A DNA stretch of 64,000 nucleotides from Trypanosoma brucei (lineage: Eukaryota): contig CP000070.1 of NCBI GenBank assembly GCA_000002445.1, forward strand, positions 128,001 to 192,000, written 5' to 3'. Each line of letters begins with the position of its first letter. The stretch's first letter is position 1. The notes below the pieces were generated by a model, which had not been told where the DNA came from, searched no databases, and worked only from the letters and a program-made list of their open reading frames with translations. A program made the position numbers and the translations under genes. Below, piece after piece: positions 52,825-63,359 of the stretch.

Positions 52825-53531
52825 CCGTAGAGGATAAAAGGAACGGAAAGTTATCAAAGGTTCTACCGAACCCCTCTGACAAACATCACACAAAACAATC
52901 CTTTATTGTTTAAACGATCGGTATACAAGTAGCAGAGAATCGTGAGGCGAAAATCGCTTCACCATACATATAAACCCACAAGCTGTGTCTTCTTCCAACA
53001 CCCAACACCCGTTAGTGCCGGCAGGCTACCGATACCCGCGTCCGACATGTTCGCAGCTATGATTTGAAACTTGCATTATTATTAAGGAGGGCTCGCAGGT
53101 AGGAACAGGGGAAAACGGGTAATAACTAAAAAATCGAACGGTACTCACACAACGTGAACCTTGAGAGTGCGGAATGGGAAAAAAAGCATGAGGGCGTCCT
53201 CAGGATCCACCGGTTGATAAATATGTTAGTAAAAACGAAGGAAAGTAATAATTTCCTGGCACCATGGCAACCATCCTTTCAGTATCGGTTACTCACCTCC
53301 ACAGGACAAACCACATGCGTTGCCCGGCAACAACGCATTCCATGCACACAAAACAACTGAGACTGATGGAATGGATGCTTGTATTAAAACCACCAACGGT
53401 TATCTCGATAGATACTGGCGTACTCCGAAGACGACTTTCCCCCTTAAAATGTGCGTATTTTTCGCTAAATTAGACAGACAAGATCGAAAGCATATGCCCT
53501 GCTCGTGAACCTGGGTGCACAGTAATTACCA

Positions 53532-55163
53532 CTAAAGCGATGCTTCGTCAGGTAACACTCCCTCGCGGAATGCCTCCTTCATCCGCTGGGACAGCTCCGG
53601 TGCAAGATCGTTGCCGTAGTGCGATAAGAGCGCCTGCAGTTGCCTCCCCTCCTCCGCCGTTATGGGGCGCACACGCTTTCCTGTTTTTGGGTCGACGAGA
53701 TCGTCCTTCTGCTCCATCACTATCGCAACCATATCATTTGCTTGGGAAAAAATGACCTGCAGACACTTCTTGGGCACGTATATTTTCAGCGTGACAACGA
53801 CATCGAGTATGCTAAGGATGACGGGTAGTGCTGGGTACTCAACTTCGTCAAGGCGGCACCCGATCTGCTCACCCATTGCGCGGAGCTTCTGCCGAGTCGG
53901 TTCCGCATTCATCGCATTGCGACCTCCATCACTTACTTGATTGAAACATGTGCGTATGGCAATCATGGCGGCGTTCGCCATATGATGGGTAAGCTGATCG
54001 GAGGTACAAATACGCTCTACTAACCGTTCACACACCTCCAGGCGCATGGTGCGCCACTTACGCAATACGTGGGCGAGCGTGGCACACTCGTGCGGGGTAA
54101 AGTCACCCACGTGATTCGTGGCACGGATAGCTAATGGCTCAAGGTGAAATGGCGTAAGGTCATGTACTGTATAACACTGCAATACACCGAGTAGTGACGG
54201 TAGGTCGAAGTCATTCGCGAGGACTCCAACACGGCGAGACATCGCCAGCAACACCTTACGGCGGATATCCAGTGTCTCTTTGGCACATCCACGACGGGTT
54301 TTAAAAAGACGAGTTGAAAATGCCTTAACGGAAGACATGTCAATGTTCTCGTAATTACTGAATTTGAGAAGTGATTTCTCCATGCGATTCCAAAGGTGCC
54401 TGTTGTAAAAGTTGGCTGTAACAACATGCGTTGTCACATACAACACATCATCAGCAGAGAGGACACCGTCACCATCGCGACGTAACACCTCAACCGTTAG
54501 CATTCGCATAGCCGCTGTGTACTGCTTCTCTTCCAACCAATCCCGTTCTTTTAGCGAAGTTGTGTAATAAAGTGTCCGGCGTAGCTCGTGCATCCCTGCA
54601 CGCTGCAACAAGGGTGTTGTTTGCATTTGCTTTACTAATGCTGTCATTTCATTGGTCGCCGACGTCTTCAGCTCCTCAACGAATTCCTCCATGCCTTCCT
54701 GCGTAAGAATTTCAGCGCTAGCACTGAGTGCATTCTGGGCTTTCAGTTGCACCGCCAATTCATCCGCCTTTGCAACACACTCCGACAGTACGTCACAATG
54801 AGCGGTGATGGCGGTGGAGGTGACCGGAAGGGAGCCGTTGACTCCAGATCCCGGTGAGTACGACACGGGAAGCGGGCCTTCCATTGCCACCGCCTCCCCT
54901 CCCCCAGTTCCAACATTTAACGAAGGATTGGTAACAGGTGACAGCGGTGAACCGGTGACGGGTGGCCCAGAGGACGCAATCCATCGTTTTGTGTCAAGAA
55001 CTGTAAAACCTGCCTTCGGTAGCACGGTAACTACCGGGTAGCGGCGATACAACAGATTCCTACTGAAAACTCGTTCATGGTAACCAATGCCAGAATGTAC
55101 AGAATGTTTGGACGACAGTAAACTCCCCACATCCTGACAACATAAAACTACCCGACGTCGCAT
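53532..55163 (-). CDS. Hypothetical protein (543 aa); the N-terminus looks like an organellar targeting sequence and the body is alpha-helical
   Basis: ATG verified. Arg-rich N-terminus MRRRVVLCCQ...LLYRRYPVV. No recognisable catalytic motif. Confidence 0.55.
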   Translation of the reverse strand: MRRRVVLCCQDVGSLLSSKHSVHSGIGYHERVFSRNLLYRRYPVVTVLPKAGFTVLDTKRWIASSGPPVTGSPLSPVTNPSLNVGTGGGEAVAMEGPLPVSYSPGSGVNGSLPVTSTAITAHCDVLSECVAKADELAVQLKAQNALSASAEILTQEGMEEFVEELKTSATNEMTALVKQMQTTPLLQRAGMHELRRTLYYTTSLKERDWLEEKQYTAAMRMLTVEVLRRDGDGVLSADDVLYVTTHVVTANFYNRHLWNRMEKSLLKFSNYENIDMSSVKAFSTRLFKTRRGCAKETLDIRRKVLLAMSRRVGVLANDFDLPSLLGVLQCYTVHDLTPFHLEPLAIRATNHVGDFTPHECATLAHVLRKWRTMRLEVCERLVERICTSDQLTHHMANAAMIAIRTCFNQVSDGGRNAMNAEPTRQKLRAMGEQIGCRLDEVEYPALPVILSILDVVVTLKIYVPKKCLQVIFSQANDMVAIVMEQKDDLVDPKTGKRVRPITAEEGRQLQALLSHYGNDLAPELSQRMKEAFREGVLPDEASL

Positions 55164-56356
55164 GCGCGAAATCCCTTCACCTGATCCGCTCTAAGAGAAG
55201 AGAAACTTAAAGACATGCACAAAGTGTTGCGAGTGATCGTTGGAAGCATTGAGAAAACGGTAGTACTACAACACTCGCACTGATGCAGATCCATTGAACA
55301 CACACTAGAGGGAGAGCTCGTTGAGGATAAAGTAAAGATTTGGAGCTTTAATCTCTTTTGCACGAGGGCAACAAACTCCGTACAGAAAATAAAAAGTTCC
55401 CTCGTGGAAAAACACAAGCTACACGAAGCATAACACCACGCACGGAGGGCACAACGACCCGGGGTAGCATAAGCAAAGAAAAAAACCTTAAAAAAATTAA
55501 TAACACGATATATGTTCTGATCGTCGCTGTTGCCCTTCCAACCTAGCCTACCGCACAAAAGCGGAGGCAAAGAAGGATTTAAAAGGAGGGGGTGAATTTA
55601 AATGCTATCTTGCACATAATAAGTTGTAATGTGGGTTATACATCGCTTAGCACAACTAACTGATGCCACATAATTGATAAACTAAAAGGTGGGGAAAGAA
55701 GAAACTCCTCTCCCCTTCTATCCCATGACTCATGGTAGAGCAACCACACAACAACCTGCGCAGTGTCGCACATGGGTAAAATCTATTGGAGGAGCTGCGC
55801 GTAAACAGTCGGTATCAAAACAGGTCGCAAGTTTTCTAACAGAGACCGGCAACGGAGAAAATTACAAAAACCAACGTGCGACAAAAAAGGGGATACAGAG
55901 GAGAAACGTTGCCTCTAAATCTGAGCAACTGCACACGTTGTTGCTCACAAGTACAGGAGAAACAAAGATATGAGGAATATGCCAAGTAAGCAGTCAAGCG
56001 TGGGAATGAAGGAAGGAAGGTATCTCGTGCGACACACTAAAGGGGACGCAACCGGTTCCGCGTCAGCTACGGGGAAGTGAAAAAAAGAAACTTGAAAAAC
56101 ACACCCAATATATATGCATATATGCTCTCACTTGATTTCGCCATCCTTCACGTGCAGTTATTGACGGTTCCCTCGAAATATTGCACGGGAACTGCCATGT
56201 TCTATAGGAGGTGAAACTCGTATCAGAGACACCACTGGCAACCACCAAACGGTACACGCATGCCACAAAGCAAATGCAGAAGCAAGTATGCAGGGAAAAA
56301 ATTTAACCGTCAAACGGAAGTTCACGCATGGTCCCAACACGACAGCACGCAATTAT

Positions 56357-59300
56357 TTACCATGAACTACTACACGACTCCGTCTCATGGCTCTTTGCGG
56401 TGCGGTCATTAGTGTGCGAATCCCGCCCAGAACTTGTTTCTGACCTGGTGTCATCACTGACATCACTGGTGGCATCTGATTTAGTATCTTTGATATCCGT
56501 AGCGGTATCTGCAGTAGCTGGTTCCTGTTCAACACTGGTAACAGATTTCGCATCATCACTAACATCACTGGTGGCATCTGATTTAGTATCTTTGATATCC
56601 GTAGCGGTATCTGCAGTAGCTGGTTCCTGTTCAACACTGGTAACAGATTTCGCATCATCACTAACATCACTGGTGGCATCTGATTTAGTATCTTTGATAT
56701 CCGTAGCGGTATCTGCAGTAGCTGGTTCCTGTTCAACACTGGTAACAGATTTCGCATCATCACTAACATCACTGGTGGCATCTGATTTAGTATCTTTGAT
56801 ATCCGTAGCGGTATCTGCAGTAGCTGGTTCCTGTTCAACACTGGTAACAGATTTCGCATCATCACTAACATCACTGGTGGCATCTGATTTAGTATCTTTG
56901 ATATCCGTAGCGGTATCTGCAGTAGCTGGTTCCTGTTCAACACTGGTAACAGATTTCGCATCATCACTAACATCACTGGTGGCATCTGATTTAGTATCTT
57001 TGATATCCGTAGCGGTATCTGCAGTAGCTGGTTCCTGTTCAACACTGGTAACAGATTTCGCATCATCACTAACATCACTGGTGGCATCTGATTTAGTATC
57101 TTTGATATCCGTAGCGGTATCTGCAGTAGCTGGTTCCTGTTCAACACTGGTAACAGATTTCGCATCATCACTAACATCACTGGTGGCATCTGATTTAGTA
57201 TCTTTGATATCCGTAGCGGTATCTGCAGTAGCTGGTTCCTGTTCAACACTGGTAACAGATTTCGCATCATCACTAACATCACTGGTGGCATCTGATTTAG
57301 TATCTTTGATATCCGTAGCGGTATCTGCAGTAGCTGGTTCCTGTTCAACACTGGTAACAGATTTCGCATCATCACTAACATCACTGGTGGCATCTGATTT
57401 AGTATCTTTGATATCCGTAGCGGTATCTGCAGTAGCTGGTTCCTGTTCAACACTGGTAACAGATTTCGCATCATCACTAACATCACTGGTGGCATCTGAT
57501 TTAGTATCTTTGATATCCGTAGCGGTATCTGCAGTAGCTGGTTCCTGTTCAACACTGGTAACAGATTTCGCATCATCACTAACATCACTGGTAGTGTATG
57601 GCTTAGTCGCCCGAGATTTCGTGGTGGCGTCCGACGGTGTTGGCCCCTGCCCTACGCTTGCGGCGGACTGTGTGCCGTCGCTTACTTCAGAGGCAGCCTC
57701 TGATTTTGGTTCCAATGATTTCGTGGTATTTTCCAACAGGTCCCGTTGTTGCTCATCAGCCCTCCTCGCGGAGCCCTCAATGACAGTTCCTTCAACAGGG
57801 TTGACAACACCTTTAGTGGTGGGCTCCTGCTCATCACTGGCATTTGATAGCGCACCTTTACCTATCTTGGTAAGACTCGCTACATTCGAAACTTCACCTG
57901 CTGAAACATTACCACCCGTATGTGCCTCTTCGTTGGATCCTCCTCCCGATCGCCGGTCAACACTCAACCCTGCAGCTCCCATTCCATTCGTTTCCTTTGC
58001 TTTTAGAACGGTGTCCCTTACGGTGGAAGCCTTCTCCTTGCAAGTCTTTAAATGTGCTCCGTGGCTGATGTCAGTAACTCTGTTTAATTTATCGTTTGGA
58101 GCCACTGTGACACAGCCTTCAACGGCAGACTCGTGTTTGTGACCGGTGCCCAGTAACTCATTCTGCGGAGCACCGCTACTCTTTTGTACAATCATCCCCA
58201 TGGTTGTGTGCCGGGGCAAACCCGCGGGGCTGTCGCTGGAAAGTTGATGTTTCACCGATGCGGTGTCTGCTTCGTCAGTTCGTACAGTCGCTTGCGATGC
58301 GCTTCTAAAATCCTGATATCTCCTCAAGTTTTCCTCTCCCGTCATGTGTGGCTTCTGGTTCCCTAAAACTTTAGTCGATTGGACACTTTTCGCGGAATCA
58401 CACGATGATGGACGCACGATTCGACGCTCCTCTACCCCTTCGTCCGTTACATGCCTAAGCGTAACCCCCAATTCCCCACCCTGCATCTCCTCTCGGTTTA
58501 ACAACTTCTGTTTCGCTCCAAGGTGCGATACTAGCCAACGGTTGTACGCATCTTCTAGATGGTGTAATAATACCTCCTTGCGATTCACGTCATATTCTCC
58601 CCCCTCTCCACAATTTTCCCTTTCTATCTCCTCTACCTCATGTTCGAGAAGCAGCTGTTCTACTACTCGTTTGTGAAGCATGCGAGCTTGCTGATAGCTT
58701 CTGATCCCGTCGAAGTAGCGGTGGAAAACACTCTCAGTCATTTGTGCACCATCGGGCAAGGGACATCCCGGTACTCTGCCATCAAATAAAGAAGCATCAC
58801 GTGTCCCGCGTCCTTCTATTTCAGGTCTATTGTGGGAGAAATTTCCCCGCGTCCTCCGGTTTCGAAGTGTAGTGATGTCCCTAGCCCCAGTTCCACGAGA
58901 CGAAGTGGACCCAGAAAGACCGGGGTAAGAAACTCCTAGAGCTGCAAACGAATCAGCAGCAGTCACTCCGAACTTATTTCTGTTGCTGTTGAAACTGAGC
59001 CCACCCACATGCTGCTGCAGTGATGGGGACAATTTATTACGGGATTGGTCACACGATGTTGCTCCTGAACGAGACCGGGAAGAACTATTAAAACGCATGG
59101 ACGAATATGCAGACATTGGTGCATCACCTGTACCTGATGCATAGAAACGGTGAAATCTCTTGGGAGTCTGGACGCGCCTGCTGGGTGACCTTCTTTCAAA
59201 CGAGTATAATTTCACCAGTTTCGGCTCTCCTAAGTCAAAGATCGAGTCGTCCTGTTGCATTCGTTGTGGCATTCCCACATTTGTTCCGGGAGATACCCTC

Positions 59301-60907
59301 GTACGACGATTCCGTTGGGGCGAGACAGACATGCGTCTACCATTAACAGGACTCTGGGGGGAAGCGTTAATTGGCCAGTTTTGCGAGTAACTCCAGTGAG
59401 TGGTACTTGCAGAGTTGGGCATCCCGCTCGACCTTCGAGTTGAAGCATTAGGAGTACACATTCCATCCCTTGATTGGGAATTGCCTTGGTTCCCAGATAA
59501 CGCACGCCAATAAGTGCTGGAGGGCAAATAACCGCCACTAATGTCCGTACGTTGATGACCCTCTCCGTATACAGGGGACGTGGACGATCCGTTATCTGCT
59601 CTCATATGTGTCTCCCCTGTCGGATTTAATGAAAGTTTGTCTACTCGAGTGCCTGGGCGGCTGCAATGAGGTGTGCAGAAAGAATAACCATTTTGCCGCT
59701 GCCCCTCAATCTCTTCTTGCTCCCGGGATTGTCCACCACTCATGGGTCTCCAATGGTCAATGCCAGGTCGAGATAAATTACATGAGGAGCAACGGGACCC
59801 ATCAAAGCCACTGCATGACCTCGGCACCCGCATCGGTGAGGCGGGAGCAGCCGTAAATAGATGCTGAGCTGCAGGTTGGGAATGCGATGACACACCAAAC
59901 GACCCACACGAAAGACTGTTCGGACTACGTGATCCGCAAGGTACACTTTGAATGCAACTGCCATGCACGACCCCGGAGCCTGCGTGAGCAGCCACTGGAA
60001 TTCCACTCCCATAACTGGCTCTGCGAACACTATCAAAGTCCCTGGAGTCCCTGACACTGTTTCCCATATAGTTATTTAACTTAGTAAAAAACAGTTGTTG
60101 TTTCTGCTTCATACAGGGAAAGTCATTACCAACCACTCCTGTGGACCCCGCATTGCCACCCCCGTGAGCACATGGCTTCCCCCCTCCATCAGCATCACTG
60201 CAGTCAGCAGCGCGGCTGCCGTGGCGGTCACCATCTTTGCACCCTTCGGTAAACGATCCGTCGATTATGGAAGACGGTGGTCGAGTGACTGTTGGGTCTT
60301 GCTTGCGGGAATGGTATCCACGTATTATGCATGAATGGGAAATCGCGCTGAGTTCCTTTCCGAGTTGTTCCATGGCAAGTCGGCGCCTTAAAACGGAACA
60401 GCAATCACCAACTGCTTCGGTTGTATCTATCAGATATTTTGCACTCTCTAACCGCAGGAGGGCCTGCTGGAAGCAATTGTGCTGAATGAAGACACGCGCC
60501 TCCCCGAATTTCTGCCAGGCGATGTCTAATGCCGCATGAACCCTCTTGCGAGCCTCGTCTCCAGTACTACTTGTAGGCCTTTCACACCCGTGGAATGAAT
60601 GCGGTGGTTTTGACTCACCTCGAACGGATTTCCCCCCCCTTCCTTCGGAATCTGGTCTCACTGATCGAACCCTCGTCCTCCGTTGAAGCGGTGTGTAGTC
60701 AAGTCCCCGCGTCAGTGGCGTCGCACTCTGCGCCCGGGAAGAAGGCCTCGAAGTTTTGTGGCTCACAACACTGCTTCTTCGTGGAGCTCTACCTCGACCA
60801 GCCGCACCTGCAGGTGTTGCACAGGATACCCATTGTCTTGATCTAAAAATGAAGTCTGAATCAGACAAATGACCCTTCGCGTCTCTTCCAACGGCGATCA
60901 CCCTCAT
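56357..60907 (-). CDS. Large (1516 aa) Ser/Thr/Asp-rich low-complexity protein with about 11 C-terminal 34-aa tandem repeats (SDATSDVSDDAKSVTSVEQEPATADTATDIKDTK)
   Basis: ATG verified at 60907, with a polyY tract upstream (60995-61105). 102-nt perfect tandem repeats at about 56446-57590. The N-terminal region has a helical segment ARKRVHAALDIAWQKFGEARVFIQHNCFQQALLRLESAKYLID. Confidence 0.7.
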   Translation of the reverse strand: MRVIAVGRDAKGHLSDSDFIFRSRQWVSCATPAGAAGRGRAPRRSSVVSHKTSRPSSRAQSATPLTRGLDYTPLQRRTRVRSVRPDSEGRGGKSVRGESKPPHSFHGCERPTSSTGDEARKRVHAALDIAWQKFGEARVFIQHNCFQQALLRLESAKYLIDTTEAVGDCCSVLRRRLAMEQLGKELSAISHSCIIRGYHSRKQDPTVTRPPSSIIDGSFTEGCKDGDRHGSRAADCSDADGGGKPCAHGGGNAGSTGVVGNDFPCMKQKQQLFFTKLNNYMGNSVRDSRDFDSVRRASYGSGIPVAAHAGSGVVHGSCIQSVPCGSRSPNSLSCGSFGVSSHSQPAAQHLFTAAPASPMRVPRSCSGFDGSRCSSCNLSRPGIDHWRPMSGGQSREQEEIEGQRQNGYSFCTPHCSRPGTRVDKLSLNPTGETHMRADNGSSTSPVYGEGHQRTDISGGYLPSSTYWRALSGNQGNSQSRDGMCTPNASTRRSSGMPNSASTTHWSYSQNWPINASPQSPVNGRRMSVSPQRNRRTRVSPGTNVGMPQRMQQDDSIFDLGEPKLVKLYSFERRSPSRRVQTPKRFHRFYASGTGDAPMSAYSSMRFNSSSRSRSGATSCDQSRNKLSPSLQQHVGGLSFNSNRNKFGVTAADSFAALGVSYPGLSGSTSSRGTGARDITTLRNRRTRGNFSHNRPEIEGRGTRDASLFDGRVPGCPLPDGAQMTESVFHRYFDGIRSYQQARMLHKRVVEQLLLEHEVEEIERENCGEGGEYDVNRKEVLLHHLEDAYNRWLVSHLGAKQKLLNREEMQGGELGVTLRHVTDEGVEERRIVRPSSCDSAKSVQSTKVLGNQKPHMTGEENLRRYQDFRSASQATVRTDEADTASVKHQLSSDSPAGLPRHTTMGMIVQKSSGAPQNELLGTGHKHESAVEGCVTVAPNDKLNRVTDISHGAHLKTCKEKASTVRDTVLKAKETNGMGAAGLSVDRRSGGGSNEEAHTGGNVSAGEVSNVASLTKIGKGALSNASDEQEPTTKGVVNPVEGTVIEGSARRADEQQRDLLENTTKSLEPKSEAASEVSDGTQSAASVGQGPTPSDATTKSRATKPYTTSDVSDDAKSVTSVEQEPATADTATDIKDTKSDATSDVSDDAKSVTSVEQEPATADTATDIKDTKSDATSDVSDDAKSVTSVEQEPATADTATDIKDTKSDATSDVSDDAKSVTSVEQEPATADTATDIKDTKSDATSDVSDDAKSVTSVEQEPATADTATDIKDTKSDATSDVSDDAKSVTSVEQEPATADTATDIKDTKSDATSDVSDDAKSVTSVEQEPATADTATDIKDTKSDATSDVSDDAKSVTSVEQEPATADTATDIKDTKSDATSDVSDDAKSVTSVEQEPATADTATDIKDTKSDATSDVSDDAKSVTSVEQEPATADTATDIKDTKSDATSDVSDDAKSVTSVEQEPATADTATDIKDTKSDATSDVSDDTRSETSSGRDSHTNDRTAKSHETESCSSSW
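56446..57590. repeat. Tandem array of about 11 near-identical 102-bp units, coding and in-frame (34 codons per unit)
   Basis: The landmark atttagtatc recurs at 56479, 56581, 56683 ... 57499, exactly 102 bp apart. All three minus-strand frames and one plus-strand frame stay open through the array, which produces three overlapping ORF-track entries. Confidence 0.95.
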
Positions 60908-60994
60908 GACGCCCTAAGAGAAAGAAGTTAATGTCAAAAAAAAAAAATATATATATATATATATGAAATCAAACATGATGTGACACGGTGGTAA

Positions 60995-61105
60995 AGTTAA
61001 GCAAAGCAACTGAGAACAGCTAAAAAACAAATAAAAAGAGGGAAACAACAACAGCAGTCCCTCCGGCAAAGATAAAAGCGAAAGTGAAAGGTAAGTGTAA
61101 CGGTC
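60995..61105 (-). promoter_or_regulatory. Extended polypyrimidine region (minus strand) upstream of the repeat-protein gene
   Basis: Purine-rich plus strand: gcaaagcaactgagaacagctaaaaaacaaataaaaagagggaaacaacaacagcag...aaaagcgaaagtgaaaggtaag. Confidence 0.4.
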
Positions 61106-61569
61106 AGCACAGGGTCAAAAAAAGAGAATTAAATCTGCGGCCCACTGAGCAAGGGGAAACAGATACACAATACATGTGGGTGTACATCGGTTGACACAGC
61201 TTTCTTTTATGACTCTATTTTCCTCGGAGACCCCCCATTATGCATGAAGGTTTGTGATCATCCATCTAACATCTATTGCGCCTCCTCCTCACCATTCGAT
61301 CCTCTTTTTCACTTCTTCTCTGTCTCCACGGCTTTCTTGCTTCCATCAAAAACAACATACAGTATATATAAATATTTATTTGCATTCCAAGTTGTGCACA
61401 CACCGAGTCGGAGCACAGCTTGGCTTCCCTCCACATTGTTCATTTTGAGTATAGCGCAGGTCAAACATAGATGCAACCTCGGGAAGAAAAAGAGGGGAGT
61501 TTCAAGGCTGCATCCCACGTTGCCAAGACAAATTGAACTTCACTGCCTCTTCTTGCACGCAGGCCAATC

Positions 61570-62490
61570 TCACATGCCTGGTGTCGGGGTACTACTCTTC
61601 TCTACAGCGGCAAATCTTTTAATCTCATTGATAATCTGCTGATTGGCTTTTCTCAGATACTTCACTTCCTCCTCGTGGATCTTCTGTTCGGACTGCTTCT
61701 GCTCCTCGAAGCGCTTCAGCATCCCATTGTGCTTTGCTCGTAACTCATTCACACGATTCTCGAGTCGACGCACCTCGCTTTCCATCCATTCTTTCTCCTT
61801 GAATAGATAGCTTCTCAAATCACGCTCAATGGCCTTTCGTACGGTATATTGAGAGGCACTATCAAACAGAATATCGTACGTATTTGTTGTTTGCTGCATC
61901 TCCTCCGCCAATTCGGCTAGCAGCAACCCACGTTCCGGACAGAGCACAGTCACCTGTCGAATAACCTCCCGCATTCCATCTGCGTATATCCCCTCCCGAA
62001 TAGTGCATACCACTCCAGAGGGACGTGCATGCTCCTGTTGACAGCGCCGCTCCAAGTGTTCCTGAAGGTGAACACAGTCCAAACGGCTCGTGTGATCAAC
62101 GGCAGCAGCCTTCATCCATGCACATTCCTGCTCCTGCCCGCGGGTATTGGTACGATCCTTATCGTGTCCCGGCACGTTGAGTGGCACGGGGGGAAACAAT
62201 TTGGCGAGGGCTTTTACTGGAGTTAAACTTTCCTGAGTGAGTCGCACTGGTCCCCCATCCGACTGAATGGCGTCTCGTGTGCCGGCAACCCCGCTTTGCG
62301 TTTGCCCGAACTTTTGTCTATTGGTGGTGGGAATGGTGGGCGCCTCTTGGCCCGCGGCGGCGGCTGTAGCAGCATTAACCGCTGCAGCCGTGATCGGCTC
62401 ATCGTCACTAATTAAGTTTGAAGGAACAGCACGATACAACACGGTGCCTTCCTCATCGTAAACGTTCGGTGGTGCGTTCAAGGTTGCCAT
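61570..62490 (-). CDS. DNALI1: Axonemal inner-arm dynein light chain p28 (DNALI1 family)
   Basis: ATG verified. ...DCVHLQEHLERRCQQEHARPSGVVCTIREGIYADGMREVIRQVTVLCPERGLLLAEL...YLRKANQQIINEIKR is collinear with human DNALI1 (...DVVHLEEQLD...ICPVRRELYSQCFDELIRQVTINCAERGLLLL...FLKRTNQQLK). Confidence 0.85.
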   Translation of the reverse strand: MATLNAPPNVYDEEGTVLYRAVPSNLISDDEPITAAAVNAATAAAAGQEAPTIPTTNRQKFGQTQSGVAGTRDAIQSDGGPVRLTQESLTPVKALAKLFPPVPLNVPGHDKDRTNTRGQEQECAWMKAAAVDHTSRLDCVHLQEHLERRCQQEHARPSGVVCTIREGIYADGMREVIRQVTVLCPERGLLLAELAEEMQQTTNTYDILFDSASQYTVRKAIERDLRSYLFKEKEWMESEVRRLENRVNELRAKHNGMLKRFEEQKQSEQKIHEEEVKYLRKANQQIINEIKRFAAVEKSSTPTPGM

Positions 62491-63359
62491 TTTGAGTGTC
62501 TAACGCAGCCGTGCAGGCCTTTACTTTCCCACGTCTATTGAGTGCCCCCACCCCGTTACTTTTCTTCTTGCAGATTTTTCTCTCTTCTGACCTACTAACT
62601 GCACTTGATTTACCTGCTAATATGTTGCGAACAGGTAAAAGAGCAAGGACGCAGAACCCTGTCCTCCTGAACCGCAAAGAAGACATGAGTGTTAGAGCGA
62701 GAGGAATCGCAGCATGTATGTGTTAATGAAAAGCCGTGATGCAAGTGAGAGTAGGTTGATGAATAGCACGAAACCGGAGCGGATCGCCGGTATTTCCAGC
62801 ACGCACGATAATGTTTCATTTTCTCATGCAAGAAACGTGACAAAATAAGGATTGGAGGATTCATCAGCCCATAGAGAGGTGGAAATATAATAAGAAATAA
62901 TATCACTTCCCACGAATTTTATTTCGTAAAAAAAAAAGCAACTGAGAAGCTAAAATGACTCCGAGCTTTCCCACAGATAAACAACAAAAACAAAAAAGTC
63001 ACATGCCCTTGCACCTTCGGTTGCTTTTACGTGGCATGCGGAGACTGGGAGACCGCTGGAAGTTAAACAATTTCAATTGTTCTTGTTAACCACCCTTTTT
63101 TTTTTGTGAACGACAACAATTCACCCGCGCTCCTTTCACAACTTAAGGTAAAGCAACAAATGGAGATGTAGACGCCAGATAAATGCTGATCCAAACGAAA
63201 GACCTCCTCTGGGTCATAGTCATTTCACCTACCACTAATAATTTTTTTAAAAAAAGGAAAATTATGTGTCTCATCATTGCTTCTCCTTAGAAAAAGATAA
63301 CACCAGGCCCACCTTGCCCACGTTGGTGTTGCCTTCAGTTGGAGGACGTAACCACGCCA

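Noticed and set aside
56446-57590. Possible CRISPR array (regular direct repeats)
   Set aside because: The units are contiguous with no unique spacers, are 102 bp long, are in-frame inside a long CDS, and the genome is eukaryotic.
56328-58142. 604-aa plus-strand ORF and 411-aa minus-strand ORF (56353-57588) overlapping the repeat gene
   Set aside because: Both are periodic translations of the same 102-bp repeat in other frames. The unit is a multiple of 3 and lacks stops in several frames. Only the 1516-aa minus-strand frame has a non-repeat N-terminal extension, an ATG start and an upstream polyY tract.
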